Below are positions 8,124 through 16,429 of a stretch of 64,000 nt of DNA, one piece after another. The notes below the pieces were generated by a model, which saw nothing but the letters and a program-made list of their open reading frames with translations, ran no database searches and was not told where the DNA came from. This DNA comes from Nocardioides psychrotolerans (GTDB lineage Bacteria > Actinomycetota > Actinomycetes > Propionibacteriales > Nocardioidaceae): assembly GCF_943371775.1 (NCBI RefSeq), contig NZ_CALRWD010000015.1, forward strand, positions 5,021 through 69,020. The letters run 5' to 3'. Positions within the stretch are counted from its first letter, which is position 1, and each line of letters begins with the position of its first letter. The translations under genes were made by a program, and so were the position numbers.

Positions 8124-9855
8124 CCGCGCCTCCATTCTCATTCGCGTCGTCGGCCGCAGGTGCGAACGCGGCAACGAGCTGCTGAAGACCAAGCGGCCAA
8201 TCGACCGGGTCGGGCCAACGTTGAACGAACGCCCGCCCCAACGCGTTGCCAAAGCTCCCCTTCAAATCAGTGAGGCGAGAGAGCGGAGTGCCGGTGCTGG
8301 AAGGGCTGAGCTCGTCGCACTGCTCGACGACCCAGGTTGAGTCATGCGTGACCAGGACGCTCTCGAGGGCACCATCGGCGGCCTCATCGCCTGCAGCCCA
8401 CACCCTCGTGGCGTACGCGGGAAGGTCAGCAGCATCCTTGCGACCTGCGATGTCGCCATCGACGAAGAGGATGCATGGGATGTCGGCGGCTTCCGCGTAC
8501 TTAATGATCGGAGCGGCCTTTGCCATCGACCCGGGATCAACGACGCATATCCCGCCTGCGCGCGGTCCTACGGCGGCCCGAAGGACGTGCGGCAAGAAAC
8601 CACGCTCTGTGGCTCCGTCACCGATCACCAGCGCACTGGCGAACAGCACCTCGCCGAAGGGACGCTCAACCAGTCGGCGAATCTTCTCCCATTCCGACGC
8701 AGCAAGACTGAGTCTGAGCGCCCGCGGTGTGGTGAAGGCGTCATCGGTAGGCGTGAGGTCGCGAAGGACACAAGTTCCATCACGGTCGCGCACCAGCCGG
8801 ATCGAGCTCGGACCGACGGTCGTAACCAGGTGCGAAGAGTGCGTACTTACGACGACCTGACCAGGAATGGACTGCAGGAGGTCGCCAACGTCAAGGCTGG
8901 CCTGCGGGTGCAGGTGGGACTCGGGCTCCTCCACCAAGGTGACCGGAAGAACTGGGAAGTCGCTCCCATCGCGGCCGAGACGGCGGTCGTACAGAACGCT
9001 CTGTACTTGGAGTGATGCAAGACTTTGCGCTCCGGAGCCATGCAGCCGCATCGGCAGCGGGCCGGTGCCGGTGTCGAGTGCGATCTCGATCAAGCGGACC
9101 AACTCTTCGAGCCTCCCGGGTAAGGCGCTGACGTCGGGTTTGCCGATCCCGACGACGGTGGCAGCGAGGTCGTCGAGTCGCTTCCGGATGGCGGCCAAAG
9201 ATGAACTTCCGGCAACGATTCGTCCGCCGAGTTCGGCAAGCTCGGACTCAAGGGCCGAACGCTGGGACTCATCGACCTCTAGGTCTTCGAGGACGCGGCG
9301 CAGTGACGAGCCAGGCCGGGTGGCTTCGTCTGCCAGATTGCGGCCCGTCGGCGTCAGATCAGCCGCAACAGCACGGATGTGGGTGCGACCAAGTTCCGCA
9401 GAACCGGAGGCAGGAACCCACTGGTTGGAGACGACGTCATAGGTCAGGAATCTGCGCTCGGCGCGAGCGCCCCATCCCTCCGCCGACGGGCGGATCGTGG
9501 TGCGCCAGGCGACTCTTTCCCCCAGGGGTGCCAATTGCGGCGCCCCGAACACCTCGATGACCCGTCCGTCGAAGCTATCGCCCGTAGCGGGGGCGAGCAC
9601 AAGATCAATCGAGGGATCCGACATGGGCGAGTCGGACGGCACCATAGTGAAGTCGTCGCGATCGGCTCGGACGTCGCCGCACGCGAGCGCGATTGCCCTA
9701 AGCAGACGCGATTTGCCGGAGTTGTTTCGGCCTACAAGGACAGTGAGGTCCCGATGCAGCGGCAGAACCACGTCGTTGATTCCACGAAAGGACCGCACCT
9801 GGACGACCTCAATGCGTATAAGCGCGTTCGAAGAAGCCGGGGCACCGATGGTCAC
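8107..9855 (-). CDS. gajA: OLD-family ATPase/Toprim endonuclease (class 2 OLD, GajA-like)
   Basis: Walker A GRNNSGKSRLL, Walker B/ABC-like VTLVEEPESHLHP, and a C-terminal Toprim (VIGDGATERGF ... ILFVDGDIAG). 582 aa. GTG start at 9855. Confidence 0.85.
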   Translation of the reverse strand: MTIGAPASSNALIRIEVVQVRSFRGINDVVLPLHRDLTVLVGRNNSGKSRLLRAIALACGDVRADRDDFTMVPSDSPMSDPSIDLVLAPATGDSFDGRVIEVFGAPQLAPLGERVAWRTTIRPSAEGWGARAERRFLTYDVVSNQWVPASGSAELGRTHIRAVAADLTPTGRNLADEATRPGSSLRRVLEDLEVDESQRSALESELAELGGRIVAGSSSLAAIRKRLDDLAATVVGIGKPDVSALPGRLEELVRLIEIALDTGTGPLPMRLHGSGAQSLASLQVQSVLYDRRLGRDGSDFPVLPVTLVEEPESHLHPQASLDVGDLLQSIPGQVVVSTHSSHLVTTVGPSSIRLVRDRDGTCVLRDLTPTDDAFTTPRALRLSLAASEWEKIRRLVERPFGEVLFASALVIGDGATERGFLPHVLRAAVGPRAGGICVVDPGSMAKAAPIIKYAEAADIPCILFVDGDIAGRKDAADLPAYATRVWAAGDEAADGALESVLVTHDSTWVVEQCDELSPSSTGTPLSRLTDLKGSFGNALGRAFVQRWPDPVDWPLGLQQLVAAFAPAADDANENGGADAGES

Positions 9856-9916
9856 TTCCTCACCCTAGGGCGGGCTCCTGGCCATGGCCGCTGTTTACAC
9901 ACGCGGCGATTCGTAC

Positions 9917-10019
9917 GAGAGAGTCTCGGCGTAGTCCTCGATCCGGACCTCGGCGGGCCTCGGATGCGCGGAGGCTGTTGGTGCCGAGGTGGATGGCCAG
10001 CGCTCCGTGATGGACGGTG
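9917..10019 (-). pseudogene. Internal fragment of a tyrosine recombinase gene, paralogous to 5478-5577
   Basis: About 100 bp align by eye at roughly 75-80 percent identity with the intact integrase gene. Translation gives TVHHGALA..LG.N.LRASEA and then loses frame. Both gene ends are missing. Confidence 0.6.
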
Positions 10020-10115
10020 TTTGTACAAGTAGGGTCCCTCCCATCACTCGTGCGTACAAAGACTTCAGGAGCCTCGTTGTCTAACTCACCGGAGCCCGAT
10101 CTCCTGTTCGTGACG

Positions 10116-10709
10116 ATGAACCTCGGGGATCGCCGGCCGACACTCCCGGAGATCTCGGAAGCTCTTGACACGATCGACTCCGCTTGGGCTCTTTCGTATC
10201 AACTGACACAGGTCGAGGTTGTGCTGAGCAATCTCGATCAAGTGGCGATGGAGATTCAGCGCGCTGAGTCGCCGAAGTTGCTGGCTTCGCTTGTGCGGAA
10301 TTCGGACATCGCGGACTTGCGCGATGGCCTCGGGATGTTCGAGAGCGTGCCACGACCAGATGCAACGGTCAGTCGTCAGTCTCCCTTGACGGTCGAGCTG
10401 ACCGAATGGATCGCACCTGCGATCGGATCACTGGCTAGTCTCGGTGTCTGGCAAGCCTTCAAGTACCTAATCGCAAACGCAGAACACATCAGCGGACTGC
10501 CCCATCGATTGAGGCTTGGGTGGCACACTGCCCGCGCGGACTCCGACGAGGCGCGGGTTAAGGCGATGATGGCGCGACGTCGCCTCGAGCTCCAGCAACT
10601 TGAGCAGGCGCGTGCTGCCGAGATCCAATCGGTCGCGCGTGAGCTTCGTCGTCTGGGACCAATCGAAATCGATTCCAACTTTCCGGATGAGCCGTCCTTT
10701 TGGCCTTAG
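10116..10709 (+). CDS. Hypothetical protein (197 aa) with one hydrophobic segment and a coiled-coil-like C-terminus
   Basis: ATG 10116. Hydrophobic stretch WIAPAIGSLASLGVWQAF and an Arg/Glu/Gln-rich helical tail. No family recognised. Confidence 0.45.
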   Translation: MNLGDRRPTLPEISEALDTIDSAWALSYQLTQVEVVLSNLDQVAMEIQRAESPKLLASLVRNSDIADLRDGLGMFESVPRPDATVSRQSPLTVELTEWIAPAIGSLASLGVWQAFKYLIANAEHISGLPHRLRLGWHTARADSDEARVKAMMARRRLELQQLEQARAAEIQSVARELRRLGPIEIDSNFPDEPSFWP

Positions 10710-10945
10710 CGACCCGGAATCAGGCGTTTGGAGATTAGCGCCGGACCGAATCGTTGCCACGAGGGGCACGAGGCGTGCATTCGTGACGAAGAACTGCTCA
10801 GCGGCGATGCGCGCTAACGTCGAGGGCCCATGCGGTTCTCACCGCGTCATAGTGGGCGCAAGGGGCTACGTATGTGGCGACCGACTTTAATGCAGCAGCC
10901 TGAGATGATTGAGACCTCGCCTGGAGGCCTGCGCCGGTCCGGGTC

Positions 10946-11293
10946 TCATCGTCCGACGCGTCCGCGGCTAGGTGTGAGTTCATGCGTCGATCGCCGAGCG
11001 AGCCACCGCTGCGGAGCAGTGCCGCCGGAACTGCCCTGGTCGTTGCCGAGGCGACTACGGGCCGCATCGTCGGGACCCTGGCGGGCCGGTCCTGTCTCGC
11101 CGGTGACCGGAGATTCGGAGAGTGTGGCGGCGAGCTCGGCTGACAGCACCTGCTCGAGGATGTCGGCGACGCTGGCAGTGGAGCCGTCGCAGTGGTCGAT
11201 CAATTCGGAGGCGAGGCGATCAATGGCCCGGTCACCCTGCTGGGTGAAGGTGACGATGCCGGGGTTTTGCTGCTTCGCGGGTGAAGTGTTCAT
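10946..11293 (-). CDS. Small protein with a ribbon-helix-helix-like N-terminus
   Basis: ATG 11293 is preceded by AAGGAAGGA. GIVTFTQQGDRAIDRLASELIDH...SVADILEQVL resembles a strand-helix-helix CopG/Arc fold. The C-terminal half is low complexity, so the true end is uncertain. Confidence 0.4.
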   Translation of the reverse strand: MNTSPAKQQNPGIVTFTQQGDRAIDRLASELIDHCDGSTASVADILEQVLSAELAATLSESPVTGETGPARQGPDDAARSRLGNDQGSSGGTAPQRWLARRSTHELTPSRGRVGR

Positions 11294-11463
11294 GGGGTCC
11301 TTCCTTGCTGAGACGCCTGTGGTGATCCCGGACGTTGAGAGCGATCGACGATGCGACGGCCTGCGCCAGCCCGTAGCGGGCGGCGGCTGACAGGTTTGCC
11401 GCCCGCGGTGCCTCGGAGCGCGGCGCACCAGTGACGGGGGTGCGTCGTCAGTGGATCTCGCTG

Positions 11464-12657
11464 CTATTGCTCAGAGGCGAGAGGGTTCTCGTGTTCTTGG
11501 TCGGCCCCTTCTCCCGCGTGGCGTCCGGCTGCAAAGGCTGCATCCACAGCTATCCGGGTTCGCTCCGTGCTGCTGGGCATGAGATGGGTGTAGGTGCGCA
11601 AGGTGAAGCCGGGGTCGCTGTGGCCGAGGTACTCGGACACAGCGCGAATCGATTCGCCGGCGTCCAGGAGTACGGAGGCGTACCAGTGGCGTAGGGCGTG
11701 CATGCCATTGTCCCGCGACTGCTCGATGCCCACATGGGCTTGGCCGGGCCTCCAGAGCCGTGTGTTGAAGTAGTTGCGGTTGAGGGCAGAACGCTCGCGC
11801 GTGGTGAGGATGAGCCCTGCGCTCGACTTCTTCTCTGCCTGGGGCGTTCCACACGGGAGCGTGACGCTTCTTCGCGGGTAAGTGGCGAGGTGGCTGCTGA
11901 GCTCCGTTGCGACGCTCTCGGGCAAGGGGACGGTGCGGGTCTTGTCCCCCTTCGGTAGGCCGAAGACGAGGCGGTTGCCTCCGAATACCTTGACCTGCCG
12001 CCTGACCTCGACGACCCCGCGGAGGAAGTCAATGTCCTCGACCGCAAGCCCGAATACCTCACCTTGGCGTAGACCCAGTCCCGAACCCAACGTGACTGAG
12101 ATCCTGTACTGGGGCGGGAGCGCGTCGTGCATGGAGGAGACCCATTCGGACGGCCAGGGCACCACCTTGCGGCGCGACGTGGCGGGCCTTGTCACTGAGC
12201 TGGCTTGGCACGGATTCTTGGCAATCATGTCGTCGTCGACCGCAGCCGAGAAGATGGCAGACACGTTGGAGAAGATCACGCGCCGGTAGGTCTCGGCCAA
12301 CTCCATCGATCGCAGGAGCTTCTGAATCGTCGACGGCTTGATCTGTCGCAGCTCGAGGTGTCCCAGCGTCGGGAACACGTGGAGCCTGAGTCGCAACTCG
12401 GTCGCCTCATACGTCAGCGGGCTGAAGGTCCGACTGTCGAGCCACCCTTCGGCGTAGGACCGAAACGAGATCCTGCCGGCATCGACGTCGAGGTATGTCC
12501 CGCGGAGCTTGTCCGCCTCCACCGTGTTGCGGAACGCGACCGCCTCGGCCTTACGCCTGAAGGTCTTGCGGCGCTGCCGCCCCTCGGGATCTCGATAGTT
12601 CACCACGTAGCGAGGGCGCCCGTCGTGTGCTGGCTTACCGAGACTGATGCTGGCCAT
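11464..12657 (-). CDS. int: Phage-type tyrosine integrase (397 aa)
   Basis: N-terminal arm-binding-like region (YVVNYRDPEGRQRRKTFRRKAEA), a SAM-like core, and catalytic HALRHWYASVLLDAGESIRAVSEYLGHSDPGFTLRTYTHL. Confidence 0.9.
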   Translation of the reverse strand: MASISLGKPAHDGRPRYVVNYRDPEGRQRRKTFRRKAEAVAFRNTVEADKLRGTYLDVDAGRISFRSYAEGWLDSRTFSPLTYEATELRLRLHVFPTLGHLELRQIKPSTIQKLLRSMELAETYRRVIFSNVSAIFSAAVDDDMIAKNPCQASSVTRPATSRRKVVPWPSEWVSSMHDALPPQYRISVTLGSGLGLRQGEVFGLAVEDIDFLRGVVEVRRQVKVFGGNRLVFGLPKGDKTRTVPLPESVATELSSHLATYPRRSVTLPCGTPQAEKKSSAGLILTTRERSALNRNYFNTRLWRPGQAHVGIEQSRDNGMHALRHWYASVLLDAGESIRAVSEYLGHSDPGFTLRTYTHLMPSSTERTRIAVDAAFAAGRHAGEGADQEHENPLASEQ

Positions 12658-12762
12658 GGCTGTCCTTGGCAGAGTCCGAACGCGTGACCAACAATGCTGA
12701 TGAGCGTCTGCCGCCTGGTGGCGCTGGGACCGATTCCGCCCGGAGCCGGCGGTGTCTTGATT

Positions 12763-13038
12763 TCACCGGTTCTCCTCGAGCCGCACCGTCCAATTGATCA
12801 CGGTTGCTGCCCGCCAGCGCAGGTGTTTGCCGACGCGGAAACCCACCGGGCCGTAGCCGGTCGTCCGCCAGGAGTAGATGGTCTGCTTGGTTACGCCCAG
12901 GTAGGACGCGACGTCGTCGATGTCCCAGAGCTCTTGGGCCTCGGCCAGCCTGGGTGTCCGGCTGCCACCGTCCCCGCGCCGCCGAGGGCCAAAGATTCCC
13001 GGTTCCACACCCGGCACGTTCGAGTTCGTTGCCATCAT
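12763..13038 (-). CDS. xis: Excisionase / MerR-type helix-turn-helix DNA-binding protein
   Basis: LWDIDDVASYLGVTKQTIYSWRTTGYGPVGFRVGKHLRW is a typical Xis HTH. ATGATG at 13038 is preceded by AAGGAGG. It lies directly upstream of int on the same strand. Confidence 0.8.
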   Translation of the reverse strand: MMATNSNVPGVEPGIFGPRRRGDGGSRTPRLAEAQELWDIDDVASYLGVTKQTIYSWRTTGYGPVGFRVGKHLRWRAATVINWTVRLEENR

Positions 13039-13323
13039 CAAGCCCCTCCTTGCGGCACTGACGGACAGTTGGTCTACGGGCACCTATGTTCAACGGCGGC
13101 ATGGGAGCGATCACCTCAAGGCAGGTGATGTGGCGGCGAGTCGGCGTGGGAAACGCAGCCGTGATCCCGAAGCTGCCCGATGCGAAGCTGGCCGTTCGGG
13201 CTGCTGACTCGGGCGAAGTGCGCCGCGGCGACCTACCTGGAGGTGCCCCTGAGGATCGGGTAGCGGGGATGGCGTCCGCCAATTTTGTACCAAATTTGTA
13301 ACAGACGGGCGGCTACCAACAGC

Positions 13324-13363
13324 AAACGCCGCCAAGCGACCACAGGGTCGCTCGACGGCGTTT
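13324..13363 (-). terminator. Two-tier hairpin downstream of glnA
   Basis: In aaacgccg-ccaa-gcgacc-acag-ggtcgc-tcga-cggcgttt there is an 8-bp outer and a 6-bp inner stem. Only a weak T tract follows on the minus strand. Confidence 0.4.
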
Positions 13364-13429
13364 GTGCAGGTCAGAGGCTGTTTATTGCGGTCAATCGGCG
13401 TTGCTGAATGACCGCAGCCGGAGGCCCGG

Positions 13430-14854
13430 TTAGATGTCGTAGTACAGCTCGAACTCGTGCGGGTGCGGGCGCATCTGCACGGGGAGGATCTCGTTGGTCC
13501 TCTTGTAGTCGATCCAGGTCTCGATCAGGTCCGGCGTGAAGACGTTGCCGGCCGTCAGGAACTCGTGGTCGGCCTCGAGGGAGTCGAGGACGGCGTTGAG
13601 CGAGGTCGGGACCTGGTTGATGTCGGCCATCTCGTCGGGCGGGAGCTCGTAGATGTCCTTGTCGATCGGGGCGGGCGGCTCGATCTTGTTCTTGATGCCG
13701 TCGAGGCCGGCCAGCAGCAGCGCCGAGAAGGCGAGGTAGGGGTTGGCCGACGGGTCGGGGCAGCGGAACTCGACGCGCTTGGCCTTGGGGTTGGAGCCCG
13801 TGATCGGGATCCGGACGCAGGCCGAGCGGTTGCGCTGGGAGTAGACCAGCGAGATCGGGGCCTCGAAGCCGGGCACCAGGCGGTGGTAGGAGTTGACCGT
13901 CGGGTTGGTGAAGGCCAGCAGCGAGGGGGCGTGCTTGAGCATGCCGCCGATGTAGTAGCGCGCCATGTCGGACAGGCCGCCGTAGCCGGTCTCGTCGTAG
14001 AACAGGGGAGTGCCCTGGTTCCAGATGGACTGGTGCACGTGCATGCCGGAGCCGTTGTCACCGAAGATCGGCTTGGGCATGAATGTCGCCGTCTTGCCGT
14101 TGCGCCACGCGGTGTTCTTGATGATGTACTTGAACTTCATCACGTCGTCGGCGGCCTTGAGCAGCTCGTCAAAGCGGTAGTTGATCTCCGCCTGGCCAGC
14201 AGTGCCGACCTCGTGGTGGGCGCGCTCGACGATCAGGCCGGACTTCTCCAGCTCGATGACCATCTCGTCGCGGAGCTCACCGAAGTGGTCGGTGGGCGCG
14301 ACGGGGAAGTAGCCGCCCTTGTACTTGACCTTGTAGCCGCGGTTGTCGTTCTCGAAGCTGTCACCGGTGTTCCAGGCGCCGGCCGAGGAGTTGATCTCGT
14401 AGTAGCCGGCGTTCTGCTTGGTCTCGAAGCGCACGTTGTCGAAGACGTAGAACTCGGCCTCGGGGGCGAAGTAGGCGGTGTCGCCGATGCCCGTGGTGCC
14501 GAGGTAGGCCATGGCCTTCTTGGCGATGTTGCGCGGGTCGCGGGAGTAGGGCTCGCCGGTGAGCGGGTCGTGGATGAAGAAGTTGACCACGAGCGTCTTG
14601 GCGGCGCGGAACGGGTCGATGAAGGCCGTCGTCGGGTCCGGGAACAGCGACATGTCGGACTCGTGGATGGCCTGGAAGCCGCGGATCGAGGAGCCGTCGA
14701 AGCTCAGGCCGTCCTCGAAGACGGACTGGTCGAACGACGACACCGGGACCGTGAAGTGCTGCATGACGCCGGGCAGGTCGCAGAACCGCACGTCGACCAT
14801 CGCGACGCCCTCGTCCTTGATGTACTTGAGCAGCTCGTCGCTGTTCTGGAACAT
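13430..14854 (-). CDS. glnA: Glutamine synthetase type I
   Basis: [17 protein letters not shown]..., [30 protein letters not shown] 14854 is preceded by AAGGAGGA. Confidence 0.95.
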   Translation of the reverse strand: MFQNSDELLKYIKDEGVAMVDVRFCDLPGVMQHFTVPVSSFDQSVFEDGLSFDGSSIRGFQAIHESDMSLFPDPTTAFIDPFRAAKTLVVNFFIHDPLTGEPYSRDPRNIAKKAMAYLGTTGIGDTAYFAPEAEFYVFDNVRFETKQNAGYYEINSSAGAWNTGDSFENDNRGYKVKYKGGYFPVAPTDHFGELRDEMVIELEKSGLIVERAHHEVGTAGQAEINYRFDELLKAADDVMKFKYIIKNTAWRNGKTATFMPKPIFGDNGSGMHVHQSIWNQGTPLFYDETGYGGLSDMARYYIGGMLKHAPSLLAFTNPTVNSYHRLVPGFEAPISLVYSQRNRSACVRIPITGSNPKAKRVEFRCPDPSANPYLAFSALLLAGLDGIKNKIEPPAPIDKDIYELPPDEMADINQVPTSLNAVLDSLEADHEFLTAGNVFTPDLIETWIDYKRTNEILPVQMRPHPHEFELYYDI

Positions 14855-14959
14855 TCGTCCTCCTTGGCTGCGACCCGTGGTGGCAACCGTCAAAGCAAGC
14901 GAGTGGACACACGGCGCGCCGTTGCGCCGATAGTGATGCCCGCAACGTACGAACGGGCC

Positions 14960-14997
14960 GTGACGCGACGGTATCGGTAATGTTTCTGCGATGTAAC
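14960..14997 (-). promoter_or_regulatory. GlnR-box-like array upstream of glnA
   Basis: On the glnA strand the sequence reads GTTAC-n6-GAAAC-n6-GATAC-n6-GTCAC, 106-143 nt upstream of the start. The first pair exactly matches the Streptomyces gTnAc-n6-GaAAc consensus. Confidence 0.5.
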
Positions 14998-15046
14998 AGG
15001 TGGCCCACTCGCGAGACCGTCATGGGCGCGCTACTAGCCTGGCGCC

Positions 15047-15460
15047 GTGGTGACTGCCGGCTTCGAGACCGCCTCCTGGGCGCGTCGTGTCCTCGCCCTC
15101 TTCGTCGACTGGGTGGCCTCGACCCTCGTGGTGATCGTCTTCGTCGGCCTTGCCGACTACGCCGAGCCCGGCAGCAGCGCGCAGCTCTACGTCCTGCTCG
15201 TCTACGTGCTCGAGTCGGCGGTGTTCACCTGGTTGCTGGGCGGCTCCTTCGGCAAGCTCGCCACGCGGTTGCGGGTGGTCCCGGCCGACGGACGGTTGCG
15301 GCCCCTCAACCCCCTCAAGACCCTGCTGCGCCAGGTGCTGATCGCCCTGGTGATCCCGGCGCTGGTCTACCGGCCCGACGGGCGCGGGCTGCACGACGTG
15401 CTCGCCGGCACGGCGACGGTGACCATCGACGAGTTCAACAGGCTGCTGCGCCCGGCCTGA
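15047..15460 (+). CDS. RDD family membrane protein
   Basis: WARRVLALFVDWV..., GGSFGKLATRLRVV, GRGLHDVLAGTATV. The position next to glnA matches Mycobacterium. Confidence 0.75.
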   Translation: MVTAGFETASWARRVLALFVDWVASTLVVIVFVGLADYAEPGSSAQLYVLLVYVLESAVFTWLLGGSFGKLATRLRVVPADGRLRPLNPLKTLLRQVLIALVIPALVYRPDGRGLHDVLAGTATVTIDEFNRLLRPA

Positions 15461-15545
15461 GCGACCCGCCGAGTGGTCTGGGCCGGGTGTCAGTCGCCTT
15501 CCGGATCGCTAGCCTGAGGGCACCCACCCCTCGAAAGGCGCCCCC

Positions 15546-16403
15546 ATGTCGCTCACCCTGCTCCGTCGTACGGCGTCCGCCGCGACGTTGACCCTCGCCC
15601 TCACCGGCCTCGCTGCCTGTGGAGGCGGTGACGACACGTCGGGCTCCGACGCCGCCGCAGACTCGTCCAGCTCCAGCGCGCCAGACGAGGTCGGCGAGTC
15701 CGACGGGGGCGAGGACGTGGGCGCTGAGGAGAGCGAGGACACCGAGGAGGCCGTTCCGACCGCCGGTGAGGAGATCGACGCCTCCGAGATGGCCGATGTC
15801 TTCAAGACCGCCTTTGAGGGTGCGACCACCGCGACCGTCGCGCAGTCCATCGGCGGGGGCGGGGACGGCGGCTTCGAGTCGACCGGGGTCATCGACTTCT
15901 CGACGACGCCGCTGTCCATGGCCATCTCGATCGACGTGCCGCAGGCGCCCAAGCCGATCCAGACGATCATCGTCGACGGCTTCATCTACCAGAACATCTT
16001 CGGCGACAAGTTCACCAAGACCGCCCTCGACGACCCCGCCAACCCGGCCGGCGACCTCAGCGACCAGCTCGACATCGGTGCGCAGTTCGAGACCTTTGAG
16101 AAGGCGATCACCGCGGCGACGTACGTCGGGGAGGAGGACGGCCTGGAGCACTACAGCCTCGTGCTGGACTCCAGCACCCTGCTCGACGAGCAGGGCACCG
16201 ATCTCGGCTCCCTGCCCACCGGATCGGTGCCGGAGACCTTCACCTACGACCTGTGGTTCGACGACGAGGGCAACCTGCGCCGGATGCAGAGCGACCTGGG
16301 CGACGTCGGCGGCGAGCTGGTCGCCACCTACGACAACTGGGGCGAGCCGGTCGAGATCGTCGCTCCCGACGCCTCGCAGATCATGCAGATGCCGGGCGCC
16401 TAG
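15546..16403 (+). CDS. Secreted lipoprotein, function unknown
   Basis: Signal peptide with lipobox LTGLAAC, followed by an acidic low-complexity linker. Confidence 0.7.
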   Translation: MSLTLLRRTASAATLTLALTGLAACGGGDDTSGSDAAADSSSSSAPDEVGESDGGEDVGAEESEDTEEAVPTAGEEIDASEMADVFKTAFEGATTATVAQSIGGGGDGGFESTGVIDFSTTPLSMAISIDVPQAPKPIQTIIVDGFIYQNIFGDKFTKTALDDPANPAGDLSDQLDIGAQFETFEKAITAATYVGEEDGLEHYSLVLDSSTLLDEQGTDLGSLPTGSVPETFTYDLWFDDEGNLRRMQSDLGDVGGELVATYDNWGEPVEIVAPDASQIMQMPGA

Positions 16404-16429
16404 GTCTCGACAGGCTCGACCAACGGCCC

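Larger units (their letters stand above)
1..13320. mobile_element. Mosaic integrated element / defence island; left end is outside the window, right end lies between xis and the glnA terminator
   Basis: It holds two intact tyrosine recombinases, one recombinase fragment, xis, and defence-type genes. Base composition is visibly lower in GC than the flanking core genes. Confidence 0.6.

Noticed and set aside
13387-13415. Second hairpin (GCGGTCA-15 nt-TGACCGC) right after the glnA stop, as terminator or att site.
   Set aside because: The loop is large, and an A-rich rather than U-rich tract follows on the glnA strand. The 13324-13363 two-tier hairpin is the better terminator candidate. The att role is untestable without the other island end.
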